The translations under genes were made by a program, and so were the position numbers. The notes beneath the pieces are model-generated. The model worked only from the letters and a program-made list of their open reading frames with translations. It did no database searches and was not told where the DNA came from. Shown here in pieces: positions 25,205 through 38,065 of a stretch of 64,000 nucleotides of DNA; positions within the stretch are counted from its first letter, which is position 1; each line of letters begins with the position of its first letter. The stretch covers positions 15,158,974 through 15,222,973 of the forward strand of contig NC_057719.1 of the NCBI RefSeq assembly GCF_004010195.1, given 5' to 3'. The stretch comes from Chiloscyllium plagiosum (Eukaryota).

Positions 25205-26585
25205 CAAAGACCAAAAAAACACAAAGATGCTGGAGATCCAAAATAAAAACAGAAATTGCTGGAAACATTCAGCAGGTCTGGCAACATCTGTAGAGAGAAA
25301 GCAGAGTTCACACATTGAGTTCAGTGACTCTTCATCAGAACTGATAGCAACTGATATGTGTGAAATGTATGTGGAAGACCAAGTGTGGTTTGGGGGGAAG
25401 GGTTTCAGTAGTTAGATGAAGATGGGGGAGGGGGGAAGAGATGAAAGGGATAGGTAAATGAGGTGTTTTTAATAGTAGGTCAGGACAGAAGAGAAGCTGA
25501 CTATGTGATAATAAGAGCTGAGGATTGTAGGTTACTACTTCTGTCACATCCGGTGGGATACCACGATCGGACTTCATCAGCATTCCACAGGGACCATTCC
25601 TTCTGGGACACTCTGGTACATTTGTCCTCCATTCCCCACCCACCATCACGGCACCTTGCCATGCAATCATAAAAGGTGTAACACTTGCCCATTTACCTTC
25701 TCCCTCCTCACTATCTGAGGCTGCAGACACACCTTCCAGGTGCAGCAATGATTTATCCACACTTCACTCAGTCTAGTTTACTGTATTTGCTGTTCACAGT
25801 GTGGTCTCCTTTACATTAATGACCCCGGGCCTACCACTTCAACATCCCACTGTGTTCCCACATTGTCATTTCTATCTCGAGCCTGTCTCAGTGTTCCAGT
25901 GAGCCTCACTGCAAGCTCGAAGAACAGCATCTCATTTTCCACTTGGATATCCTGCAGCCTCTAGGGACTCAAATAGGAGTTCAATAATTTTAGATGGAGA
26001 AAGTGAGGACTGCAGATGCTGGAGATCAGCGTAGAGAATGTGGTGCTGCAAAACCACAGCAGGTTAGGCAGCATCAGAGGAGCAGGAGAATTGATGATGC
26101 GGGCATAAGCCCTTTGATTCTTCTGCTCCTCGGATGCCGTCTGACCTGCTGTGTTTTTCCAGCACCACACTCTCGACTTCAATACTTTTAGAGCTTGATT
26201 TCATCCTTTCATATTTTTACCTGATTCCTGAAGAAGGGCTTATGCCTGAAACGTCGATACTCCTGTCCCTTGGATGCTGCCTGACCTGCTGCGCTTTTCC
26301 AGCAACACATTTTTCAGCTCTGATCTCCAGCATCTGCAGTCCTCACTTTCTCCATATGTTTACTTCCACCCCAGACTTGGTCCTGACATGACATGGATTG
26401 TTTTCAAGTCAGCCTTCCCAATCTCTCCAACTCTTAGCTCTCATTATCACTTATTCAGCTTCTCTTCTGCCCTGGCACACTATCAATAATCCCCTTCCTT
26501 GCCTACCCCTTTCATCTCTCCCTCTGGGCTCCATCTCCACCTATCCACTCAATATTCCAAGTGTGGCCACATTAGCATTTTGTAT
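25205..26585 (+). mobile_element. Old PLE (family B): inverted terminal segment (25205-~25500, minus) and decayed linker/GIY-YIG; interrupted at 25994-26355
   Basis: AFHRDHSFWDTLV, GTLPCNHKRCNTCPF, LVYCICCSQCGLLYI, KLEEQHLIFHL; CUGAUGA core at 25332-25338 (-). Confidence 0.75.
25994..26355. mobile_element. Composite of family-A PLE termini bounded by a perfect 36-bp inverted repeat
   Basis: ATGGAGAAAGTGAGGACTGCAGATGCTGGAGATCAG and its exact reverse complement; hammerhead core 26228-26255 (+). Confidence 0.82.
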
Positions 26586-26599
26586 AGTTGCAGTATGAC

Positions 26600-26915
26600 A
26601 TTACGGCTCCGGAACTCAATCCCTCTACACCATATGCCTTCTTAACAGCACTATCAACCTAAGTGGCAACTTTCAGGGATCTATGTACATGGACTCCAAG
26701 ATCCCTCTGCACATCCACACTACCGAGAATTGTTCCATTGACCCAGTATTCTGCCTTCCTGTTATTCTTCCCAAAGTGCATCACCTCATATTGAGCTGCA
26801 TTGAACTCTATTTGCCACCTCTCAGCCCAATTTTGCAGTTTATCCAAGTCCCTTGCAACTTGTAACGTTCTTCCACACTGTCCGCTACTCCACTGACCTT
26901 AGTGTCATCTGCACA
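26600..26915 (-). mobile_element. CR1 RT fragment
   Basis: DKLQNWAERWQIEFNAAQYEVMHFGKNN...QRDLGVHVHRSLKVAT. Confidence 0.88.
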
Positions 26916-27324
26916 TGTGATAGGATTTCCTTTCCACTTTTGTCCAATGTCCTCCTGTAGAATAGAGCTTGTATCTATTATTGAAATGTTGGACCTTGCC
27001 TTGATGTGTGAAACAAGTCACATCTCATAAATGATTTAAATGTTCCTCTGAACCTGTTGATGATAATTTATCTGAAAAAGCTGGGGGTCTTCCCTTCAAG
27101 AGGTGACCTGATAGAGGTCTTTAAAATCTTGAAATGGTTTCTCAGATGGGTGTAGGGAAATTATTTTCACTTGTAGAGGAGTCCCTAACTAGAAGTCAAA
27201 CATAAGACAATACTGACAAATTCAGTAAGGAATTCAGAAGAAGCTTCTTTATCCAAGGAGTGGTAAAGCCTAGTTGAGGCAGTCAGGCACTTCTTGTGGT
27301 GGAAGAAACACAGGATCTAGTTTG

Positions 27325-28385
27325 TCGACAGCGAGATCCCATCAACAACAATGTGATCATTACCAGATATTTAGCGTGATGTTGACTGAGGAATAACTAA
27401 TGTCCAAGCCATTAGGAAAATACGCCTGCTCTGTGTGAAGAATTACCTGTGGGATACATCAGAATATGTATCAGAATTTAGAATCAGAATTAGGCATTAT
27501 TGTCACATGTACTCAAGTACAGAGATACTAGAGTACAGTGAAAAGTTTATAATGTTGCCATTCACAGCTCCATCTTAGGTACAAGGTACCTGGGTACAAA
27601 ATCTTACCTATAAAAAAGAACAATAAAGGAAGAAGTTCCAAGTTCAACATTACAGATCTCAGTATAAAGTAGTAAATAACAAATAAATTTAAAAGAGCAA
27701 AAATAAAGTCAATGGGCTTGCAGTAGCTCCATGCTGGGAGTTCCCTATGAGGACACAATGTCTCTCCCATGCATGGTTTATCCCTTTTCTCATTCTGCAT
27801 TACTATCTCTCCACTACTCGCTGTCCTCTCTGTCCTGGATTGTGCTTGATCTCTCAATCCTCGCACTCCTGTGTTGCCATCTCACCGCCAACCACCACCT
27901 CCAGGCTCACCAGCCACCTCGCCATAGTCTGACAGAGCCCCACTCTGGTGCAGTCCCAGGCATCCGGCCACTTCCACAATGTCACCGACTGCCAGAGTTC
28001 TGCCCGGGCCCCACCAACTGCCTTGGGGGCTGACCGGCAATATCACCACTCTGGGTGCCCAGACGTTGCCGTCACCACAACCGAGCTTCCTCCAGAAGGC
28101 AAGTGGAGAGCAAAACTAAAAGAAATGAAGAAAAGAAAGAGAAAAGAGAAAGGGAGAAAGAAAGCTGTCAGAGTGGACAAACACTGGCTCAGGACTCCAA
28201 CTCCACTGCCAGCCCAAGAGAGTAGATCAAGGCCTTGGTTGAATTTCACATCTGAGAGATAGCATCTGCAACACTACTATATTCCTTCAGCACCACACTA
28301 GAGCATCAGCCTAGATTTTTGTGCTCACATTCTAGACTTAGACTTAAATTTGTAAACTTCTGATTCAGAAGCTGGGGTGCTCCTG
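27325..28385 (-). mobile_element. DeuSINE (SacSINE1-like) split by a Rex1/Babar-related element
   Basis: Head and Deu-like domain ~28228-28385, 3' part ~27325-27456; homologous to 59300-59465 and 63075-63260. Confidence 0.55.
27460..28222 (-). mobile_element. Non-coding element with Rex1/Babar-type 3' tail
   Basis: Minus strand ends AAGATGG...TTTTCACTGTA...CATGTGACAATAA plus (ATTCTG)-like repeats. Confidence 0.55.
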
Positions 28386-28779
28386 ATGGAGGGAATACTT
28401 GCTACCTCTGACAAATTATACATTGAAGGCATTGAATAAGGCAGTTAAGTGATTACACCAGAGAAACATTGGCTCTGAAAAGAATTGTTGCTTCCTTAAA
28501 AGAGGTCCTTAGAAGAACTGATGGGTCTCAACATTTCAGGCACCATGATCTGCCTATTGTTAAAGGACAATTTTGAGACATTGATGTTTCAATCGACCTT
28601 GGGTGAAGTAGCTCATTAACAGTAAAAAAAAAGAAAGAAAGTTTGGTCATATTTAATATCTTCCAAGTGAGCTGAAGTCTACCATGCCGAAATAATCAGC
28701 TTCATTGCCAATTCTATGTGTGGGAGTTGGAATAGGAGCTCTGGTGAAATTTAGAGATTAAGTCAGTGGCATATTATAG

Positions 28780-30190
28780 AATCAAAGTGTCATAGAGATA
28801 TACAACACGGAAATAGACCCTTCAGTCCAACTCGTCCATGCTGTTCAGATATCCTACATAAATAGGATAGAGATAAAAATAGGATATAAATAAGTATAGT
28901 CCCGTTTGCCAGCATTTGGTCCATATCCCTCTAAACCCTTCCTATTCATATATATATGCAGATGCCTTTTAAATGTTGCAATTGTACCAGCCTCCACCAC
29001 TTCCTCTGGCAGCTCATTCTATACTCATACTACCCTCTGCGTGAAAAAGTTACCTCTTCAGTCCCTTTTAAATCTTTCCCCTCTCACCCTAAACCTATGC
29101 CCTCTAGTTTGGACTCCTACAACTTAAGGAAAAGGCCTTGTCTATTTACCCTATCCATGCCCCTCATGATTTCACAAATCTCTATAAAGTCACCACTCAG
29201 CCTCTGACACTCCAGGGAAAATAGCCCCAGTCTATTCAGCCCCTCCCTATAGCTCAAATTCTCCAACCCTAGCAACATCCTTGTAAATCTTTTCTGAATC
29301 CTTCCATGTTTCGCAACATCCTTCCGATAGGAAGGAGAACAGGATTGCATGCAATATTCCTAAAGTGGCCTAATCAATGTCATGTACAGCCGCAACATGA
29401 CTTCCCAACTCCTGTACTCAGTGCTCTGACCAATAAAGGAAAGCATACCAAACACCTTCTTCACTATCATATATACCTGCAACTCCACTTTTAAGGACCT
29501 ATGAACCTGCACTCCAAGGTCTCTTTGTTCGGCAACACTCCTCAGGACCTTATCATTGAATATATAAATCCTGCCCTGATTTGCCTTTCCAAAATGCAGC
29601 ACTTCATATTTATCTATATTAAACTCCATCTGCCACTCCTCAGCCCATTGGCCTATCTGATCAAGATCCCATTGTACATTGAGGCAACTTCTTCGCTGTC
29701 CACTACACCTCCAATTTTGCTATCATCTGCAAACTTACTATCCATTCCTCCTAAGTTCATAACCCAATCATTAATATAAATGACGAAAAGCAGGGCACCC
29801 AGCACCGATCCTTGTGGCACAACACTGGTCACAGGCCTCCAGTCTGAAAAGCAACCTTCTACCACCACCTTCTATCTTTGAGCCAGCTCTTTATCCAAAT
29901 GGCTAGTTCTCCCTGTATTCCATGAGAATACCAGTCTACCATGAGGAACCTTGTCAAACGCTTTACTGAAGTCCATATAGATCACATCCACTAAACACTG
30001 GTCACAGGCCTCCAGTCTGAAAAGCAACCTTCTACCACCACCTTCTATCTTTGAGCCAGCTCTTTATCCAAATGGCTAGTTCTCCCTGTATTCGATGAGA
30101 ATACCAGTCTACCATGAGGAACCTTGTCAAACGCCTTACTGAAGTCCATATAGATCACATCCACTACTCTCCTGTCATCAATCCTCACCA
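28780..30190 (-). mobile_element. CR1 LINE RT and 3' end with an internal 173-bp tandem duplication
   Basis: VDVIYMDFSKAFDKVPHGRL, VPQGSVLGALLFVIYIND, KFADDSK; duplicated unit 29821-29993 / 29994-30166. Confidence 0.92.
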
Positions 30191-30807
30191 ATGTGAGTGG
30201 AGCATTGGTTCCCCCTATGTGAATGGCCTGAAAAATCATTACAGAAAACATTTGGTACTTGCAGCTTAACACCATTTAACGCCAGTGACACACAAAGATC
30301 GCTGTGCCTTGTTCACGATCATTTAAAGGTGACGCACAACAGCTGAGTTCGTACAATTGAGTCTGTGGTCAACGGTTTTCATTATTGCACCAGGATTATC
30401 CCACAATAGAAAAAGCTGCAAAGGAAATAGCTACAGCCTAGCCACTTGAAATCTTCAAGACTCATCTCCAAGTTATTTCCATTTACAGGTTTTCAATACC
30501 AGGACGACAATCTCTGCAGATTCCGCCTGTTTTATCTAGTATGAATCATGTAAACATTGGTGGAATACAGATAGGAGTCTATAGTGCTGAGGCAGAAGCG
30601 AGTGCTGCAGGAGAAAGGAAGCTTGCAGGGGACTCAGGACAGCAAGGACGAGACAAGATGGGGAATAGATGGTGGGAGTGGGGCTTGGAGGTGCATGGCA
30701 TAAGAGTCCAATGGATAGCACAGGGTGTGTTTGGTGGGGTGGTGAGTGGGCATAGAGAAGTGGAAGAGGGAAGGGCCTGGTATACTGGATGTGGGTTATA
30801 GGACGGC

Positions 30808-30927
30808 GGGAAAAATTGAGGACTGCAGATGCTGAAGATCAGAGTCAAAGTGGAAAAGCACAGCAGGTCAGGTAGCATCCGAAGGGCAGGAGAGTCAAGG
30901 TTTCAGGCGTAAGCCCTTCATCAGGAT
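30808..30927 (-). mobile_element. PLE-type mini-element with degenerate hammerhead
   Basis: Reverse complement CTGATGAAGGGCTTACGCCTGAAACC followed by the family-A tail. Confidence 0.75.
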
Positions 30928-31067
30928 GGCAGGGATAGTCAGTCAAGGCAAGAAAATGAGAGGTCTGAAGGGTTAATTATAGAATTCCGATCATGCAGAA
31001 GGAGGTTATTCAGCCTGCAGTGACCCTCCAAAGAACACCCCACTCAGACCCACTGCCCACCACATAT

Positions 31068-31387
31068 TAGATTAGATTAGATTACATTACAGTGTGGAAA
31101 CAGGCCCTTCGGCCCAACAAGTCCACACCGACCCGCCGAAGCGAAACCCACCCATACCCCTACATTTACCCCTTACCTAACACTACGGGCAATTTAGCAT
31201 AGCCAATTCACCTGACCCTGCACATCTTTTGTGACTGTGGGAGGAAACCGGAGCACCCGGAGGAAACCCACGCAGACACTGGGAGAACGTGCAAACTCCA
31301 CACAGTCAGTCGCCTGAGGCGGGAATTGAACCCGGGTCTCAGGCGCTGTGAGGCAGCAGTGCTAACTACTGTGCCACCGTGCCACCC
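31068..31387 (-). mobile_element. Young HE1 V-SINE nested in an older HE1-like fragment
   Basis: Full length; ATAT on both flanks. Confidence 0.92.
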
Positions 31388-32215
31388 ATATCTACTATGG
31401 CTAATCTACCTAGCCAGGCATTTTAGCTTCAGGCATCAGGAAAGAACGTCAACGGAGAGCCATCCCATTGCCCCTGTACCTGATCCACATTCAGACAACA
31501 GGTGAGGCATCAAAAGTTTCTACAAGATAACACGCATTAAATCTTTTTGAATAATCCATTTATCCAATAAAAATACCAAAATTAAAAATAATATTTGGGG
31601 GACTGGGTGGGGGTTAGGTGGGAATACTAAGGTCATAGTGCACAAAATACTTTGAAAGAATCAAAAGGGATCAATAGGATGTGAAGGCAAATGGAGAAGA
31701 CATTTTCTGAGGGATGTTCCCTTAATCATCAACATCATCATCGCTAATAGGCAATTGGCACAAGCTCCATGTTCAGAGCTTCAGCACCCTCATAGAGCCA
31801 ATGTGCAAAATAAAGAGACAACATAACTTGCTCACACTTCCTCCAGGAAAAATGAAGTTTGAGAAGAAGAAACTAGTTTTTCAGTGGGAGTGTAAAAGGG
31901 ATGGAGTTTAGGCATGTGGGAGTGTCGCACTGACTACCTGCATTATATTTGGTCTTTTTTTCTCTCTCTGCAGGACATGGGCATTGCTTGCTGGCCATAA
32001 TTTTTTCCTCAACATTGGCTCCCTTGAGTAGGTGGTAGTGATGAGCTGCCTTCTTGAATCACTGAAGTCAAACCCACAATGCTCTTCGGGGGGGGAATTC
32101 CAGGGTTTTGTCAAATCTCTATAGTGTGGAAAGATGTCATTTGGCAATCAAGGGCCTGCACCAACCCTCCAAAGAGCATCCCACCAAAACCAAGCTCCTT
32201 ACCCTATAACACCAT

Positions 32216-32720
32216 ATTTTAAGACTAAAATTGGGCCCTTGAAGACAGAAACAGGGGAATATATTACAGGGAACAAAGAAATGGCAGAAGAATTGAACTG
32301 GTACTTCAGATCTGTGTTCACTGGGGAAGACACAAGCAATCTCCCTGAGGTAAGTGGCTGAAGGACCTGAACTTAAGGGAATTTATATTTGCCAGGAATT
32401 GGTGTTGGAGAGACTGTTAGGTCTGAAGGTTGATAAGTCCCCGGGGCCTGATGGTCTACATCCCAGGCCACTGAAGGAGGTGGCTCGAGAAATCGTGGAT
32501 GCGTTGGTGATTATTTTCCAGACTTTGATAGATTCGGGATCAGTTCCTGCGGATTGGAGGGTGGTCTATATTTTCCTGCTTTCTCTCTCCCACCTTTCTT
32601 AAAAAGTGGTACAACGTTAGCCACCCTATGGAATTCATTGTCACGATCGGAGTGGAGGCCAGGACATTAAGTCTTCAAGTCAGAGATTGATAAATTCTTG
32701 ATCTCGCAAGGGATTAACTG
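32216..32720. mobile_element. Mosaic of CR1 fragments in alternating orientation
   Basis: Plus strand GPLKTETGE...AEELNWYFRSVFT, DKSPGPDGLHPR; short minus segment ~32563-32607; plus-strand 3' fragment. Confidence 0.75.
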
Positions 32721-32824
32721 TTGCGGGGTAATTTTCCTCCCACAGTCTAAAGGTGTGTAGGTTAAGTGGATTGGTGATGCTAACTTGGTCAGTAGTGTCC
32801 AGGAGCATGTAGGTTGGCTGTGAT

Positions 32825-33961
32825 AATAGACAATAGACAATAGGTGCAGGAGTAGGCCATTCTGCCCTTCGAGCCTGCACCACCATTCAATATGACCATG
32901 GCTGATCATCCTTAATCAGTATCCTGTTCCTGCCTTATCTCCATAGCCCTTGATTCCACTATCCTTGAGAGCTCTATCCAACTCTTTCTTAAATGAATCC
33001 AGAAACTGGGCCTCCACTGCCCTCTGGGGCAGAGCATTCCACACACTCACCACTCTCTGGGTGAAGAAGTTTCTCCTCATCTCTGTCCTAAATGGTCTAC
33101 CCCGTATTTTTAAGCTGTGTCCTCTGGTTCGGCACTCACCCATCAGCGGAAACATGTTTCCTGCCTCCAGAGTGTCCAATCCTTTAATAATCTAATATGT
33201 CTCAATCAGATCCTCTCTCAGTCTTCTAAACTCAGGGGTATACAAGCCCAGTTGCTCCAGTCTTTCAGTGTAAGGTAATCCCGCCATTCCAGGAATTGAC
33301 CTCGTGAACTTATGCTGCAGTCCCTCAATAGCCAGAATGTCTTTCCTCAAATTTGGAGACCAGAACTGCACACAGTACTCCAGGTGTGGTCTCACCAGGG
33401 CCCTGTACAGCTGCAGAAAAACCTCTTTGCTTCTATACTCAATCCCTCTTGTTATGAAGGCCAGCATGCTATTAGCCTTCTTCACTACCTGCTGTACCTG
33501 CATGCTTACCTTCATTGACTGGTGTACAAGAACACCCAGATCTCTTTGTATTGCCCCTTTACCTAAATTGATTCCATTTAGGTAGTAATCTGCCTTTCTG
33601 CTCTTGCCATCAAAGTGGATAACCATACATTTATCCACATTAAACTGCATCTGCCATGCAAGTGCCCACTCACCTAACTTGTCCAGGTCACCCTGTAATC
33701 TGCTTGTAATTTTCCATTATTTATCTTGATCCTTTCTTGAACAAGGGGGTTACAACAGCAATTTTCCAATCATCTGGGACTTTCCCTGACTCTAGTGACC
33801 TTTGAAAGATCACAACCAATGCCTCCGCTATTTCCTCAGCCACCTCCCTCAGAACTCCAGGATGTAGCCCATTGGGGCCAAGAGATTCATCAATTTTTAG
33901 ACTTTTTGGCTTTTATACCACTTTCTCTTTTGTAATGGCTACCATACTCAACTCTGCCCCC
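32825..33961 (-). mobile_element. CR1 LINE, young, with an internal deletion near 33700
   Basis: WQMQFNVDKC...LYRALVRPHLEYCVQFWSP...RTRGHSLKI; (CTATTGT)n tail. Confidence 0.92.
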
Positions 33962-34607
33962 TTCAGTGACCACCTGCCATCTTTCAGGACAATATGAAAC
34001 ATCTGTCAAAGATTTTCAGATGGATGTAACACTATAATTTCCACTTCTCAAGAGCAGTGTTTTCAAGCACACCCGGTATCAGATTTTCGACCCCAAGTCT
34101 CCTTGATATTATATGGGCAAATCTGCTGCCATCCAAGACACCAGCACAAACCAATGTATGAAAAGTTATAATCACCTCAACACTACCAGACCAAAAACAA
34201 TGTCCATGAAATGATGACTTAAACCAAGGTAGAGATAGTAGCTTAGAGGTCATGTCATAAGACTGATAATCCAGAATGCAGGCTAATATTCACGGGACTT
34301 GGGTTCAAATCACACCATGTGGTAGATGATGAAATTTGAACATAAAGAGTTAGCTCAATCGTAACCACTGTCCTAAAATCCCATTTGGTTCACCAATATT
34401 ATTTAAAGAAGTAAATTTGCCATCCTTACCCAGTCTGGTCTACATGTGACTCCAAACCCATAGCAATGTGGTTGATTCTCAACAGCCCTTTGGAAATTAT
34501 TCAGTGACCACCTGCCATCTTTCAGGACAACATGAAACATCTGTCAAAGGTTTTCAGATGGACGTAGCACTACAATTTCCACTTCTCAAGAGCAGTGCTT
34601 TCAGGCA
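33962..34607 (+). repeat. 108-bp direct repeat (33962-34069 and 34500-34607)
   Basis: Ungapped alignment, 7 mismatches. Confidence 0.95.
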
Positions 34608-37600
34608 ACCTTTGGGGGGATGGGGGGGGGGGGGAGCGGGAGCAGCCACAATTTGTGGTCCACATCGGCACCAACAACATAGATAGGAAAAGGGATGGGG
34701 ATGTAAGGCGGAAATTCAAGGGGCTAGGGTGGAAGCTTAGAGCTAGAACAAACAGAGTTGGTATCTCTGGTTTGTTACCCATGCTATGTGCTAGCGAGGC
34801 GAGGAATAGGGAGAGAGAGCAACTGAACACGTGGCTACAGGGATGGTGCAGGAGGAAAGGATTCAGCTACCTGGATAATTGGGGCTCATTCTGGGGTAGG
34901 TGGGCCCTCTACAAATGGAAGGGTCTACACCTGAACCAGAGGGGTACCAATATCCTGGGGGGGGGGGGGGGGGGATTTCCTAATGCTCTTCAGGAGAGTT
35001 TAAACTAAGTCAGCATGGGGACGGGAACCTAAATTGTAGCTCCAGTGTACAGGAGGCTGAGAGTAGTAAGGTCATGAATAAGGTTTCAAGGTCACAGGAC
35101 TTTACTGGCAAGCAAGAAGGTGGTTTGAAGTGTGTCTACTTCTATGCCAGGAGCATTCCGGAATAAGGTGGGTGAACTTGCAGCATGGGCTGGTATCTGG
35201 GACTTCAATGTTGTGGCTATTTCGGAGACATGGATAGAGCACGGATAGGAATGGTTGTTGCAAATTCCAGGATTTAAATGTTTTAGTAAAAACTGGGGAG
35301 GTGGTAAAAGAGGTGGAGGTGTGGCCTTGTTAGTCAAGGACACTACTACGGTGGCAGAAAGGACATTTGATGAGGACTCGTCTACTGAGGTAGTATGAGC
35401 TGAAGTTAGAAACTGGAAAGGTTACCCTATTGGGAGTTTTCTATAGGCATCTGAAAAGTTCCAGAGATGTAACGGAAAGGATTACAAAGATGATTCTGGA
35501 TAAGAGTTTAATTAATAGGATAGTTGTTATGGGGGACTTTAATTTTCCTAATATTGACTGGAAACACTATAGTTCGAGTACCTTAGATGGGTCAGTTTTT
35601 GTCCAATGTGTGCAGGATGGTTTCCTGACACAGTATGTAAACAGGTCAACAAGGGGCGAGGCCACATTGGATTTGGTACTGTGTATGAACCGGGCCAGGT
35701 GTTAGATTTGGAGGTAGGTGAGTACTTTGGCGATAGTGACCACAATTGTGTTAAGTTTACTTCAGCGATGGAAAGGGATAGGTATATACCGAACGTCAAG
35801 AGTTATAGCTGATGAAAAGGCAATTATTATTCGATTAGGCAAGATTTAGGATCCATAGGGTGGGAAAGGAAACTGCAAGGGATGGGCACAATTGAAATGT
35901 GGAGCTTGTTCAAGGAAGAGCTACTGCGTGTCCTTGATAAGTATGTACCCGTCAGGCAGGGAGGAAGTGGTTGAACGAGGGAACTGTGATTTACTAAAGA
36001 AGTTGAATCTCTTGTCAAGAGGAAGAAGCATGCTTATATAAAGATAAGACGTGAATGCTCTATTAGGGCACTTGAGTGTTACAAGTTAGCCAGGAAGGAC
36101 CTAAAAGGACAGCTAAGAAGAACCAGGAGGGGACATGAGAAGTCTTTGGCAGGTAGGATCAAGGAAAACACTAAAGCTTTCTATAGGTGCATCAGGAATA
36201 AAAGAATGACTAGAGTAAGATTAGGGCCTATCAACAACAGTAGTGGGAAATTGTGCATGGAATCCGAAGAGATAGGAGAGGCACTAATTATATATTCTTC
36301 ATCAGTATTCACACAGGGAAAAAGACAGTGTTGTCGAGAAGAATGCTGAGATCAGAAGGGATTGAGGTTCATAAGGAGGAGGTGTTAACAATTCTACCAA
36401 GTGTGAAAATAGATAAATCCACTGGGCTGGATGGGATTTATCCTAAGATTTTCTGTGAAGCTAGGGAGGAGATTGCAGAGCCTTTGGCTTTGATCTTTAT
36501 AGAATCATTGTCTACAGGAATAGTGCCAGAAGACAGGAGGATAGCAAATGTTGATTCCCTTGTTCAAGAAGGGGAGTAGAAACAAACCTGGAAATTAAAG
36601 CCTTATTTCAGTTGGGGGTAAAGTGTTGGAAATGATTATAAGAGATAGGATTTATAATTACCGAGAAAGGATTTGAGTAGGGATAGTCAATACGGTTGTG
36701 TGAAGGATAGGTCATGCCTCACAAACCTTATTGAGTTATTTGAGAATCTGACCAAACAGGTGGATGAGGTCAAGTGGTTAATATGGTGTTTATGGATTTC
36801 AATAAAGTGTTTGATAAGGTTCCCCAAGGTAGGCTATTGCAGAAACTACGGAGGCATGGGCTTGAGGGTGATTTAGTGGCTTGGATCAGAAATTGTTGAG
36901 CTGAAAGAAGACAGAGGGTGATGGTTGATTGGAAATGTTCATCCTAGATTTCAGTTACTAGTTGTGTATCACAAGGATCTGTTTTGTGGCCACTGATGTT
37001 TTTCATTTTTATAAATAACCTGGATGAGGGTATAGAAGAATGGGTTAGTAAATCTGTGGATGATACTAAGGTTGGTGGAATTGTGAATAGTGCGGAAGGA
37101 TGTTGCAGATTACATAGGGATAAGCTGCAGAGCTGGGCTGAGAGTTGGCAAATGATGTTTCATGCAGAAAAGTGTGAGGTGATTCACTTTGGAAGGAGCA
37201 ACAGGAATATAGAGTATTGGGCTATTGGTAAGATTCTTTGTGGTGTGGATGAGCAGAGAGATCTCTGTGTCCATGTGCTTAGATTCCTGAAAGTTTCAGA
37301 TTGATGGGGTTAATAAGAAGGCATATGGTGTGTTAGCTTTTTTGGTAGAGGGATTGAGTTTCGGAGCCATGAGATCATGTTGCAGCTATACAAAACTCTG
37401 GTGTGGCTGCACTTGGAGTATTGCGCACAGTTCTGATCTCTGCATTATAGGATGGACGTGGAGGCACTGGAAAGGGTGTAGAGGAGATTTACTTGGATGT
37501 TGCCTGATATGAAGGGAAAGGCTGAGGGACTTGAGGCTGTTTTCATTAGAGAGAAGGTGGTTAAGAGGTGACTTAATAGAGACAGACAAGATGATTAGAG

Positions 37601-37965
37601 GGTGGACAGTGAGAGCCTTTTTCTTGGGATGGTGATGGCTAGCACAGGGGGCCATATGTTTAAACTGACGAGTGATAGATATAGGACAGACGTCAGAGGT
37701 AGGTTCTTTACTCAGAGGGTGTGAAATGCCTTACCTGCAACAGTCATAGATTTGCCAACTTTAAGGGCATTTAAATGGTCATTGGATAAATATATGCATG
37801 ATAATGGAATAGTGTAGATTAGATGGGTTTCAGATCGGTTTCACAGGTGGGTGCAACATTGAGGGCCATTGGGCTTGTACTGCGCTGTAACGTTCTATGT
37901 TCTATGAAATTAGGGATGGACAATAAATTCTTGTCTAACTGAATGATGCCCACATCCAATAGAAT
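34230..37965 (+). mobile_element. SINE family Z split by the large CR1 insertion (SINE parts ~34230-34499 and 37913-37965)
   Basis: Core ends at GAAATTA 34493-34499; tail resumes after GAAATTA 37906-37912. Confidence 0.8.
34608..37905 (+). mobile_element. Long CR1 LINE (decayed): ORF1 SGNH-esterase C-part, ORF2 APE and RT, 3'UTR
   Basis: VVHIGTNN...GLHLNQRGTNILG (esterase); VVAISETW, VVMGDFNFPNIDW, GDSDHN (APE); RSCLTNLIE, KSVDDTK (RT); many stops and frameshifts; (GTTCTAT)n tail. Confidence 0.95.
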
Positions 37966-38065
37966 GTTTTTTCTTAATAAAAGTTTCTATTGCTTAAAGT
38001 GCAAATTAAATAAATAGAAGTAGTAATCTCTGTAATCCTAGAGGAACATTGCACTTCTCCCTCAT

